Of a stretch of 64,000 bases of DNA, positions 14,269 through 26,500 are shown piece by piece. The DNA comes from Leptogorgia sarmentosa. Its lineage: Eukaryota. Each line of letters opens with the position of its first letter. Within the stretch, counting starts at the first letter, position 1. The notes beneath the pieces were generated by a model, which searched no databases, was not told the origin of the DNA, and was given only the letters and a program-made list of their open reading frames with translations. The DNA is taken from contig OZ210884.1 in NCBI GenBank assembly GCA_964658305.1, forward strand, positions 5,580,001-5,644,000, given 5' to 3'. Made by a program: the position numbers and the translations under genes.

Positions 14269-14618
14269 TACCGCATGTAGTTTCGACTATAAAGACGGTT
14301 GGTAAAAGTTTTACAGGCATCTTTATTCATGATAGCCAATTAAAAATGGAGTCAGGCATTGAGATAATTAATTTTCTAAACGGTGTGTATTTGGTTGGAA
14401 CTCTTCGGCCCTATAACGAATCTTCTTTCTTTTGACTATCGTAGCCTACATATTATAATTTTCAAGTGTGTAAATACGATATCACAACAATAAGATAACA
14501 GAGTGTAAATATGATATCAACCTAAAGTCTTTCACTAATTAAAAGACATTTTAGCTATTAAATTGCTATTACACAATGATTGATATTTTAACCATTCCAA
14601 CATCTTAGATTTATATTT

Positions 14619-17252
14619 TCAACGTTGTATTGTCTCAACTGTTTTCTCCAGCCTGGATTTTTCAGCAGCAAATACAACTTTGTGAGACGTAAGAGATTGT
14701 ATTACATTCGACGAAAGCAGCGAAGGATCATTATGGGCTATTGCTTTGGTCACTGCATTCATTAGAAAGAAATCAGCGCCACCATGACCTCTTGTGCGAC
14801 ATGGGGGTACAATTTGATCTGGGTATATTTCTTTTCTTTCCTCTGTGGCAAATAAACACACTTTAATAGCTCGATGAAAACTACCATCCCAGCGTAATTC
14901 ACCATGGGTGAAGGCATTCATGGTCATTACAGCTGTAGCACCACCATCAAATTCCATATTTACCATTTGATGGTCACACACGTCGTTATCACATGAATAG
15001 ACGCATCGACCATACGGACCTTGATATGAAAAAATTTAAATAATAAACTACACAACATGTATTCAATTAGTTACAGGCTAGAAAAATTGTATGTTCCGAT
15101 GCCTTCTTCCACCTTTCCCCGTTACGAGTCATACACGTAAATATATTCATGCAGAGCAGATTTACAACGTGCGTGCGCGCAGTCAGCGGGGAGGGGAAAT
15201 CAAATGATCAAATCGAGTACGCGCGCAGGCCAATTTATAACATGCCAGGGCATCAATCAGCCATGGGATTATATCAGCAAAAGTAAAAATGCATTCTATT
15301 TTACAGTCACACATAAATATTTTTAGTTTTACTATGGTAAAATTAGTGACTTATCAACCTGTCTCCAAAGCTTCCCTCAAAGCAACAGCATAACCTTCAG
15401 GATGATCTTCTATATCACAAACCGCTGACATCGGCCACATAGGAGCATCATTCCAACTTTGTAAATATATTTTCTGCACAGAATATGGACAATCTTTTTC
15501 AACTGGGCATTCTAAACATCGTGATGCGGCACCTTCTGGTTTCTGGGATTCTTTAAAATGATAGACATTCCCAAATGACTGCACACTTGTACACCTGCGG
15601 TCACCCATCCAGTACATGATAAGATCTATATCATGACAACACTTCGCCATCAAAGAGAATGTACTGCTCTCTGTATTACGCCAGTTACCTCGCACAAAAC
15701 TGTGAGCAAAATGCCAGTATAAAACATTCTCATGGTGATTGATGGTTACAATTTCACCCAGAATTCCGCTTGCAATAATTTCACGAACTTTAACACAAGC
15801 TGGTGCATATCTGAAGAAAAGGTAACCATCAGGGCATAGAAGAAGCTTTATTCACCTTAAGGATTCACCACCCACAAAAGATAGGACTCTGCAGGCCCGG
15901 TTTGGAAGGGGGAGGGGGGGGGGGGGGGGGAGGACGTATGTGGCTGATCGATCGCCGAAGACGCAAGTTTCTAAGAGGGTCCAGCGACAAGCTCCGAATT
16001 TTAAAATAAGATTCTCAGAATTCAGAAACATCTTCTTCCTTTCGAGGGCGGATTTTACAAGATTTGGGTGTAAGGATCGGGATGATCGACTTGAAGAATC
16101 GAAATATTAATTAGCATGGGAAGAGAACATATTTGACAGACATTTGAAAGACAAATTAAATGTGATATTTGAGAGATAATTCACGAATTACTTTTTCGTT
16201 GTTCTGCAAAAGGTGCGGTTCTGCCGGGCCTGCTCGTAATAGAACTACCTTAGCTTGCGATGAGTTTCCTTTTTTATTGAAATTATTTCATAATTTATTG
16301 GCTCAAGTTTAAAGTACATTGAGACAATGTTATGTGTTGTAAATTGTCAGGGTCACCGTAGACATTTATTTTCACAATCACCACTTTGAGTTTGCTGTGA
16401 CATCAGTCAATATGATATTCATAAAACACATCTTGAAGCAAGTAATTAATGATTGAGGCAGATTGCAACCAAATGCTTAATATTGCCACAATAGCTAGCG
16501 ACTGTTAATGCTTATTTTTCAATGTAGTTGTGTAGAGCGCAGAGATTCCCTTCTGTTCGACATATTACCGGAAGTACTTATAAGAAGTACTTATATCTTT
16601 GTGAACAAAAGATGACATTTGTCATGCAAATAGGGAGTAAAATTATATAAAAGTATAATTAGCATTACAACATTCACCATTCAAGGGAAACTAGGATTCA
16701 GAAAAATCTCGTAAAAACATACCTCATGACATGGCCTACAGCAGCCATCACTTTGTTTGCCTCGCATGCTTCGGCTATCTCCTCACAATCATTTTCATTT
16801 ACTGCCATTGGTTTCTCAAGCAATAAATGATACCCTTTATTAGCAAAAGCAATGGACGGATCTCTATGCATATGATCTTGCGTGCTTATAATTGCAAAAT
16901 CAGCAATTTTATCCAACATTGCAAATTTACTCCAGTCATCCAAGGAATGCTCGTCAGGTATGTTGTGTAATTTTTGTAGTTTTTCTCGTCTGTGGTCCTG
17001 TGGTTCAGCAACACCAACAATTTTAAGTCTAGAAGGAAAATCGAGAGCAAAGTTTGCATAAGTTTGTCCACGATGTCCAGCACCGATAACCACCGCAGTG
17101 ACTTGACGAGGTATTTCACCATCTTGCTCTGACCAGAATTCTTCAAGCGTTTGTTTTGATTTAGTCTCATCTGACGTTTTTGGTTTCTCCCGTTTGTCGG
17201 TTGTTTCATCCGTTACCTGGCCTTCATCTGACTTATTCAAATTATTACCCAT
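14619..17252 (-). CDS. Gfo/Idh/MocA family oxidoreductase, YteT-like (copy B; 12-aa in-frame deletion)
   Basis: Exons 17252-16723, 15810-15359, 15019-14619 (460 aa). Motifs: VIGAGHRG Rossmann loop, LLEKPMA, HFAHSFVRGNW, KCCHDID, GPYGRCVY, GHGGAD. Confidence 0.88.
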
Positions 17253-17530
17253 GGCGCTAGTGTGACCACATCAATGAGTTATTGGTATTATTTCATGATG
17301 CTAAGTTGTAAATTTAATTCATAATCACAACGGAAGTAAGACGGATAAGGAGTCACGAGTTGCACGGGGTGTTATCACTTCCGGTGTTTGCTTTTCATGA
17401 TGACTTGACACCAGAACTCGTAGCCTGTGCTCTATATTAGGGTGTAAATAAGATATCACTCTAAAGTTTTTCACTAATTATAACACATTTTAGTTATTAA
17501 ATTGTTATTACATATTTTAGATTTATATTT

Positions 17531-20123
17531 TCAACGTTGTATTATTGTCTCAACTGTTTTCTCCAGCCTGGATTTTTCAGCAGCAAATACAACTTTGTGA
17601 GACGTAAGAGTTTGTATTACATTCGACGAAAGCAGCGAAGGATCATTATGAGCTATTGCTTTGGTCACTGCATTCATTAGAAAGAAAGCAGCGCCACCAT
17701 GACCTCTTGTGCGACATGGGGGTACAATCTGATCTGGGTATATTTCTTTTCTTTCCTCTGTGGCAAACAAAAACACTTTAATAGCTCGATGAAAACTACC
17801 ATCCCAGCGTAATTCACCATGGGTACCACATACTCTGGTTTCACGTCTCATGTCACTGGTGAAGGCATTCATGGTCATTACAGCTGTAGCACCACCATCA
17901 AATTCCATATTTACCATTTGATGGTCACACACGTCGTTATCACATGAATAGACGCAACGACCATACAGACCTTGATATAAAAAAATTAAAACTAGGAGTT
18001 ACTATCGCAAGGGGCTAGTCTAGAGGCAGTATCGATACGGAGAACTCGGGCCAATTTATAACATGCCAGGGCATCAATCAGCCATGGGATTATATCAGCA
18101 AAAGTAAAAATGCATTCTATTTTACAGTCACACATAAATATTTTTAGTTTTACTATGGTAAAATTAGTGACTTATCAACCTGTCTCCAAAGCTTCCATCA
18201 AAGCAACAGCATAACCTTCAGGATGATCTTCTATATCACAAACCGCTGACATCGGCCACATAGGAGCATCATTGCAACTTTGTAAATATATTTTCTGCAC
18301 AGAATATGGACAATCTTTTTCAACTGGGCATTCTAAACATCGTGATGCGGCACCTTCTGGTTTCTGGGATTCTTTAAAATGATAGACATTCCCAAATGAC
18401 TGCACACTTGTACACCTGCGGTCACCCATCCAGTACATGATAAGATCTATATCATGACAACACTTCGCCATCAAAGAGAATGTACTGCTCTCTGTATTAC
18501 GCCAGTTACCTCGCACAAAACTGTGAGCAAAACGCCAGTATAAAACATTCTCATGGTGATTGATGGTTACAATTTCACCCAGAATTCCGCTTGCAATAAT
18601 TTCACGAACTTTAACACAAGCTGGTGCATATCTGAAGAAAAGGTAATCATCAGGCATAGAAGAAGCTTTATTCACCTTAAGGATTCACCACCCACAAAAG
18701 ATAGGACTCTGCAGGCCCGGTTTGGAAAGGGGGTGACGTATGTGGCTGATCGATCGCGGAAGACGCAAGTTTCTAGGAGGGTCGACCAGCGACAAGCTTG
18801 GACAAGAAAATTCTAAAAATAAGATTCTCAGAATTCAGAAACATCTTCTTCCTTTTGAGAGCGGATTTTACAAGATTTGGGTGTAAAGTTCGGGATGGGA
18901 AGGGAAGATATTTGACAGATTTGAAAGATTAATGTGATATTGGAGAGACAAATAATTTACGAATTACTTTTTCGTTGTTCCGCAAAAGGTGCGGTTCTGT
19001 CGGGCCTGCTCGTAATAGAACTGCCCAAAGCATACGCATTCTATTTACACAATGCACACGGGCTGTTCAAACACACGTGGTTTTTGATCGCGTCTCTGTC
19101 AAACTTTGACAGTATCCAAAATAGCTTATCTTTTCCAGGCGCTTAATTGGAACCGTGATTGACATTCTGCGTAGGTTCGAAAATTGATATTTACTTTTTA
19201 CGGCATTTTGAAGCCAGGATGTCACTCATCAGTTTCCTAACGTGCGTAATGTTTAGTTTACCTGCAGAACTTAACATTAATATTTACACAATATTATGCA
19301 CCTGCGTAACAATTGTTTCTTTCGTCACTGCCGGAAACGTTTCCCGGTAAGCGGGATAACTTTTCTCCATATGAACAGAACAAAATTATTTGGCTAGACG
19401 AAATGTTTTCTCGCCAACAGGGAAAACTTTTGCTCATATGAACAGGCCCGAAGTGAAACAGTTCCAGCTATTTGTGAACAAAAGATGACATTTGTCATGA
19501 AATAGGGAGTAAAATTATATAAAAGTATAATTAGCATTACAACATTCACCATTCAAGAGAAACTAGGATTCAGAAAAATCTCGTAAAACATACCGCATGA
19601 CATGGCATACAGCAGCCATCACTTTATTTGCCTCGCATGCTTCGGCTATCTCCACACAATCATTTTCATTTACTGCCATTGGTTTCTCAAGCAATAAATG
19701 ATACCCTTTATTAGCAAAAGCAATGGACGGATCTCTATGCATATGATCTTGCGTGCTTATAATTGCAAAATCAGCAATTTTATCCAACATTGTCAATTTA
19801 CTCCAGTCATCCAAGGAATGCTCGTCAGGTATGTTGTGTAATTTTTGTAGTTTTTCTCGTCTGTGGTCCTGTGGTTCAGCAACACCAACAATTTTAAGTC
19901 TAGAAGGAAAATCGAGAGCAAAGTTTGCATAAGTTTGTCCACGATGTCCAGCACCGATAACCACCGCAGTGACTTGACGAGGTATTTCACCATCTTGCTC
20001 TGACCAGAATTCTTCAAGCGTTTGTTTTGATTTAGTCTCATCTGACGTTTTTGGTTTCTCCCGTTTGTTGGTTGTTTCATCCGTTACCTGGCCTCTATCT
20101 GACTTATTCAAATTATTACCCAT
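17531..20123 (-). CDS. Gfo/Idh/MocA family oxidoreductase, YteT-like (copy A; substitutions in motif residues)
   Basis: Exons 20123-19594, 18631-18180, 17970-17531 (473 aa). Near-identical to copy B, including parts of the introns. Confidence 0.88.
19060..19449. mobile_element. Probable Harbinger-like MITE remnant in intron 1 of copy A only
   Basis: GGGCTGTTCA... left end and ...CATATGAACAGGCCC right end. The segment is absent from the homologous copy B intron. Confidence 0.45.
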
Positions 20124-20252
20124 GGCGCTAGTGTGACCACATCAATGAGTTATTGGTATTATTTGATGATGCGAAGTTGTAAATTTCACAATCACAACGG
20201 AGGTAAAACGGATGAGGAGTCCCGAGTTGCACGAGCAGTGCGTGGTGTTATC

Positions 20253-20261
20253 ACTTCCGGT
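20253..20261. promoter_or_regulatory. ETS-type motif (ACTTCCGGT) upstream of oxidoreductase, kept in both copies
   Basis: ACTTCCGGT lies ~130 bp upstream of both ATGs (also 17377-17385). Motif match only. Confidence 0.3.
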
Positions 20262-20590
20262 GTTTGCTTTTCATGACTTGACACCAGAACTCCCAGTAAC
20301 ACCCCCTAAAATCCTTTGCGTTCCCAATCAGCAACCAAACGTAAAAAAATCACGTGCTGCGGATATTCGGTTTGGCTCAGGGTTTTACCCCGCTTGCCAG
20401 TCTCGTCCGTTTCATGGACCTTTAAACTTAGAGACCAAATTTCAAAACACTTTGAAATAACTCTCTAAGAGTTCCTAAAGTTTGGTTGCGAAATAGTGTA
20501 AAATAAGGAAAATATGACCTCACAAAGTTGGCAATTTTTGTATATTTTAGTATTAATGAACGAACTTTCTTTCAGCCTCGTTTAATGGTT

Positions 20591-22410
20591 TAAAGTAAAA
20601 TTCATAACGACCAGTTATAAGGCTTAAAAATCGTTCCAGAGTTTACTCCATCATCAGATTTTACATTAAACTACGAATGTTAATTGCGACCGTTATATTG
20701 TCCCGCGCGTGGAAAATCGCATAAGCATACAAATGATTCGTTAAGGAAAATTTATGTTCAAATTCTAATTTATCTAAGAGCTATACTTTTTCTAATTAAT
20801 GTCGATTTGGTTTCAGTTTTTGAATATAAAGCGCCCGCCAATTCCGTGATTTTCTTTGGAAAGATCCTTTAGTTTTCTTTAAAGTTTTAACAGAAAGGTT
20901 AGTACGTTTTATTCCTGGGTGTTGATCCCTGTAGTGCTTTTGACAAGCCCTGTTTTTATACGATTTCGCTGTTGGGTTTGCTGCCGAGCGATAATGTTGT
21001 TCAAAACGGGTCACAAGTGGTCTGCTTGTTTCACCAATATAGGTTGCCCCACAAAGGTTACAAATCACCTGATACACTACATCTTTCTGAGAGCACTAGC
21101 TTGCACATGCAGGGGTTGGTGACGTACGGCATATTGGGCAATTATGAATATTCTTACACGCCTTGTAATATGGTGTCGAATCCACAAGAAGATGTTTCAG
21201 AGAGACTTGCGGTTGCACGACAATTCGACGAATTTGATTTTCAAGATCCTTCCATCCAATTTGAAATTGAGTTGCCCGGCGAAGACGGTTTTCTCCCTTT
21301 TCTAAATACCAAAATTAAAGTAAACGACTCGGGGACGATTGAAACTGGATGGTATACTAAACCAGCAAACAAAGGTCTAATCCTACCACCCAGACGAAGT
21401 CAAGAAAGCGACCATTATTAACACCATAGCAACGTACGAAGCCATATGCTTGAACCAGTGAACTGTATATAGAATTCACTGTCTCGAACCACACCGTGCT
21501 AAAGGAAGCTGTCAGAAGTTTCTTTTGAAGACAGAGCAATGCGAAATGGAAAGAAAGCAACAACGAAAGCAAGACGGCAAGCCCTCCAAGATGATTCCAG
21601 AACCGCACTTACCATCCCATTCATTTCAAAAAGTTTCACGAATGACATTAGAAGACTGTGCAACGTTCAAACCTCAACGTTCGAACTGTCCAGCAACCGC
21701 AAGTCTCTCTGAAACATCTTCTTGTGGAGTCGACACCGTATGACAAGGCGTGTAAGAATATTCATAATCGCCCAATATGCCGTACGTCAACAACCCCTAT
21801 ATGCAGTGCTCTCTGAAAGATGTAGTGTATCAGGTGATTTGTAACCTTTGTGGGGCAACCTATATTGGTGAAACAAGCAGACCACTTGTGACCCGTTTTC
21901 AAGAACATTATCGCTCGGTAGCAAACCCAACAGCGAAATCGTATGAAAACATGGCATTTTCAAAAGCACTACAGGGATCAACACCCAGGAATAAAGCCTA
22001 ACCTTTCAGTTAAAACTTTAAAGGATGTTTGCAAAGAAAAATTATACGGAGGCGCTTTATATTCAAGAACCGTGAAACCAGTTTTGATTTTTGAATGGCA
22101 CTACGAACAAATAAATAATTTAGATTTCTTAGTTTAGTTACAAATCGACATAAATTAGAATAAGTATAGCTCTTAGATAAATTAGAATTTGAACATAATT
22201 TTTCTTTAACGAATCATCTGTATGCTTATCATTTCTTTAAGGAATCATTTGTATCTTTCCGCGCGCGCGACAATATAACGGTCGCAATTAACATTAATTC
22301 GTAGTTTAATTGTAAAACCTGATGATGATGATGGAGTAAACTTCGAAACGTTGTTTTATTTAAATGTTTTTTAATAAGCCTTATAACTGGTCGTTATGAA
22401 TTTTACTTTA
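20591..22410 (+). mobile_element. 5'-truncated, decayed Penelope-like retroelement with inverted 3' copy
   Basis: RT C-terminal motif IQFEIE...LPFLNTKI...TGWYTKP (~21250-21365). GIY-YIG endonuclease VVYQVICNLCGATYIGETSRPLVTRF on + (~21820) and on - (~21080). Inverted arms 20591-21216 and 21693-22410. Frameshifted. Confidence 0.9.
22313..22358 (+). ncRNA. Minimal (Penelope-type) hammerhead ribozyme motif, degenerate
   Basis: TAAAAC-CTGATGA-(TGA)2-T-GGAG-TAAA-CTTC-GAAA-CG-TT-GTTTTA. Stem I is TAAAAC/GTTTTA, stem II is GGAG/CTTC, with a palindromic ACGT in place of stem III. A degenerate inverted copy lies at ~20625-20663. Confidence 0.65.
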
Positions 22411-22747
22411 TATTTAAAAGCGCGGAGAAACATTACCCCGTGCGCGAAAATGTAATACCCACTAATACAATTGTTCCTCCGCGCGTAATACTAAAATATA
22501 CAAAAATTGCCAACTTCGGAAGGTCATAGCTTATAGTTTACAATATTTCGCAACCGAACTTTGCAATTTTACTAAATTTAAGGCACTCTTTCGAGCTGTG
22601 GCGATGGATATTTTTTGTATCGAAGTTTTTCAAATTTTAGTTACAAGGTTTAAAAGTCCATTGTAGAGTAGGGCTGGTTGATTGCGCTATCCAATTTCCA
22701 GCAACCCTGTACTCAACCTTCAAAAGAGCGGTGCGCCGGTGCCTGTA

Positions 22748-22825
22748 TAGCCTGTGCTCATGTCCACTCCTCCGTCGTGACTACTCACTCACTCACTACG
22801 GGGGAGTGGACTGGAGCACAGGCTA
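22748..22825. mobile_element. 78-bp palindromic MITE (TAGCC...GGCTA) with 9-bp TSD
   Basis: Foldback TAGCCTGTGCTC...GAGCACAGGCTA, with GTGCCTGTA duplicated at 22739-22747 and 22826-22834. Confidence 0.85.
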
Positions 22826-23131
22826 GTGCCTGTAGCATTAGCATTCAACTTTCAAGTGTTAAAATGGTAAATCCAACATAAAATGGCGCTCCGAGAGTAT
22901 TTGATATCTTGTGACTCGGGCGCAGAAAAAGTAATTTACTTTTTTTGGATGAACTGAAAAAACTCTGAAATGAAACGGGTCCATTCAAGAGAGGTTATCA
23001 TATGCCAACGGCAGTTTGGTCGACGTCACATGTCTCTCCCAGGCAGCTGTGAAGATTTTTGTTCATACTCCTTTTATGCCATCCATTCCTTAACGGTGGA
23101 AAATTAGTGGAATATTTGACTGAACTGTCAT

Positions 23132-23215
23132 ACCATAGGCAGCCCGGAAATGATCTGTTTTCTTTAGATTTTAGGTTATCTAAAGAAAACAGCTCATTTC
23201 TGGGCTGCCTATGGT
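23132..23215. repeat. 84-bp near-perfect hairpin upstream of MADD
   Basis: ACCATAGGCAGCCCGGAAATGATCTGTTTTCTTTAGAT / ATCTAAAGAAAACAGCTCATTTCTGGGCTGCCTATGGT with an 8-nt loop. Confidence 0.85.
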
Positions 23216-23554
23216 TGTAATGAGCTTCTACAACTTTCTTCTCTTGTTTACAAGATACCCCAATTAAATTTGATTATCTGCAACCATATGCGATTCCCAA
23301 CCACTGAAACAACCTCGTTCCCAGGGTCTTTGATCTCCAAGTCCTCCAAGTCCCTTTGTTGCAAACGCCTTTTTTCGGTGCGAGATTTTTTACTAGAAAA
23401 ATATCTCACGAGAAATAAAACGCCGGGCAGGTGATCATCAATAACAAACAGAAAGAGTGAAAAAATATTTGAGTATAGTTTCATATCGGTGTTTGAGTTC
23501 CTTTAAAATTGTATTCATTATGAAGCGTAAATCTACTTGGAAAACGTCTTGATA

Positions 23555-26500
23555 ATGGCAGAATATATAAACCAACCGGAATTATGCAAAAGGCTCATCG
23601 ATTATGTTGTTGTGGTCGGTGTACGGAATCCAACACTTGGTCTCACAGAGACTCCACAGACACTAAGAAAATTTCCAACAGAAGATTACAATGACTTTTA
23701 CTTTCCCCCTGACGTTGTCTTCTTTTGTCAACCCGAAGGATCGTGTACAGTTACGAAGAAAATCTCCCTCAGACAAGCGACAACGTTTGTGTTCACTTTG
23801 ACTGACAAAGAATCAGGCAAAACCCGATATGGAGTATGCATGAATTTTTTTCGTCCATGTTATGCTTCGCTAACAAAGGAGGCAAAGAGCCAAACTAAAG
23901 ATGAAAGTGATGGTAAAGGATCAAGGTGTAAAGGACTAACGCGGTGTATGTCTTTGACATCGATATGTATTGTATCGCATCACCCAATATTCTCATCTTT
24001 CCGTGAATGTTTATTTGTCTTACGGAGGATGATAGAATCCCGAGGTGGCCATGATGGCGGTTCTTCATCATCCTCACAAACTTCGCAAGCTTTAGATTGC
24101 TGGTCATTATTTCTTTGCAATGAAGATCCAAAACTTAGTCCTCTACAGGAAGATATGCGCGAAATTGAATCATGGATACATCGTCTTTTAGTAACTCCGG
24201 TTCCAATCCCAGGGAGAACTGAAGTTGAACTAGAGTTATTGCCCCAAGAATTACACCCACCAATATGTTTTGCTTTCCCAGATGCAAAGCGGTTTTCGTT
24301 AGTAGATTTTCCAATCCATCTTCCTCTTGAGTTACTTGGTGTTGAGACATTCCTTAAGGTTTTAACATGCATCTTACTGGAGCAAAAGGTATGTGTGAAC
24401 CAACTGTACCTAATTGAGACATCATGTAACGTATTATACAGATCAATGGTTAATAAAATAATATTCCCTCACTCTTGGAAATTTGAAACAACATTATTAC
24501 TCAATTCTTCCCATTATGTCCAAAGGCAAAAGCTGACAGTGTTTAATTTTGTCACTTTACTAAAAATACAATTGAATTAGAACTTTTGCCAAAGAGAATC
24601 CACATACAGCTTTAGATAAGTTGTTGCTGAATGTAAAGCATATTACTTTCTAATTTCATGTGAAAATTTTATTTTCCACAAAATGCTGGAAAGTGATGTT
24701 ACCCGGTATTTATTTTGGGGTTTTTTCTTTCATTTGGTACATGCTTTGATACTATATACAGATGAAAATTGGCAAAGTTGGTTAATATAAATTATATAAT
24801 ATAGTAACTATAGAGCCCCTGTTACGTGCATGCATTTCAATTTACAAAAATTTTGCCTGCTGAAATTTTTCCTTATTTCTAACAACAGTGGTTTCTTTCT
24901 AAGCCTCGACCTGAAAACAGAAAAAAGTAGCCTGAGTTGTTTTTTTATACCAGTTGTATGATTATTTACCACTCTGGGAGTGATGTCGTCACAACATCGG
25001 ATTAATTTCATCTAAAAGATTAATTGCATTTTTTTCAAATGTAGATTGTATTTCAGTCAAGAGATTACAATGCACTAACAATGACAATCCTGGCAATGTC
25101 ATCTTTGTTGTATCCATTGGAGTACATGTTTCCTGTTATACCTTTACTGCCAAGCTGCATGAACAATGCTGAACAGGTAGGGATTTTGAGGGTGATTGTA
25201 TGAAAGGTGGATGGTGCTATCCCCTGGAGTATATGTTTTTGTCATACAGTAGTTTTACCCTTGGGCTGCCTGAGCAATGCCAAACATTGACATTGTTAAT
25301 TATATGATAATAATGATATAGTAGCTGTCTCTGAAGCTGCAATTCATTGGGTGTTTTAGGAAAGAAGGAAAAAGGTTTTAAGAAAAATGCGAGATGCCAA
25401 ATGAATAAAACATGAAAACAAATTCCTTTACACGTGTTTTTAAAATACTTCACTTCACTAAGTAATTTTTGTGTTTGAAAACAAAAGGAAGCAAAACTAA
25501 ACTATCAAGCAATTGTAAACAATATTTCACAATAAATAACGAGCACATTAGGACCAAAATATCCTATAAAACATGGACAAAATCCAACCAAAGCAACTAA
25601 AAGCATTCGGCGAAAATCGACCAGAAAATACTTCATTTATCTAATATTGTATTCATCCAATATGAGCACAAAACAGCACCAAATGATCCGTAAAAACTAT
25701 ACTACCTTTGAACTTACTTATTTTGTCGTTTAATCTTCATGAGTACTTTCATTTTAACGAAATTTATGGGGTTTTTGGGAGCCACAAAATGTTGTACTGT
25801 ACTTTTCAGTTCATCTTGCGACTGTTGCTAGGCAGCGTACGTGCGAAGGCGTGTCATTGAAAAATTAAACTTTTCCCAGTCCTTCCGGTTTGCGAAAAAT
25901 GTTTAAGATTTTATAGTGAATATAATAAGGTGGAAATTGTCAAATTATACAATATTGTCAAATTATATATTATACATATGTTGTTCAAATTTTTATCTGA
26001 AATCAAATTTAATTCGTGTTTACGAATTTCGTGGTCACCTGTTTGATTTCAGGTCAAAAATATTGCACTCCGCCTTATAAATCCCTTATGAATTATAATA
26101 CGCGTGTTACATTGTTATAAATTTGATCAGTCAAAATGTTCATTTATCAAAAAATCACGAAAAAATACGAATGTTAAAATCGAATTTTTTATACCAACTT
26201 TACGAGGTTGTTTGAAAACAAATTCTCAAACGTTTTCTAATCAATATCCTTTGAACTTTGATATCGGGTTGAAACTTTATTAACATGCACAGTGAAATAG
26301 ATTTGAAATTAGTGACCGAGAGCTACGGGGGCAACTGTCCCTGCCTCCCTAACATTGTGGGGACCAGCGGGGCCATTGATCGCTCCTTTTTCGCAAAAAT
26401 GTCTATTAACCATCAAAAATAAAAAAAACGCATGAAAAAGCATCCCTACCAAAAATCACATGAAATGACATCTGGACGGCTCCAAACTTGAATATTTCTC

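Larger units (their letters stand above)
14439..20291. repeat. ~2.9-kb tandem duplication carrying the oxidoreductase gene
   Basis: 3' flanks match (14503 vs 17442) and 5' flanks match up to TTGACACCAGAACTC (ending ~17419 and ~20291). The junction is near 17418. Confidence 0.85.
20414..22661. mobile_element. Non-autonomous DNA transposon with long TIRs, interrupted by a Penelope-like insertion
   Basis: ATGGACCTTTAAAC...AAGTTGGCAATTTTTGTATATTTTAGTATTA (20414-20555) is an imperfect inverted repeat of TAATACTAAAATATACAAAAATTGCCAACTT...GTTTAAAAGTCCAT (22486-22661). Related fragments occur near 36425, 41760 and 48550. Confidence 0.7.

Noticed and set aside
15908..15930. Long G run, also at 63612-63640
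   Set aside because: Homopolymers in intron or repeat remnants. The run is much shorter in the duplicate intron and there is no evidence of function.
17421..17432. TAGCCTGTGCTC at the tandem-duplication junction matches the MITE terminus at 22748
   Set aside because: Only 12 nt, and partly explained by homology to TCGTAGCCT at 14439. Insufficient to claim transposon-mediated duplication.
14619..20123. Recent horizontal transfer of a bacterial oxidoreductase
   Set aside because: The gene has spliceosomal introns and host-like composition, and YteT-like genes occur widely in animals. Transfer cannot be supported without a phylogeny.
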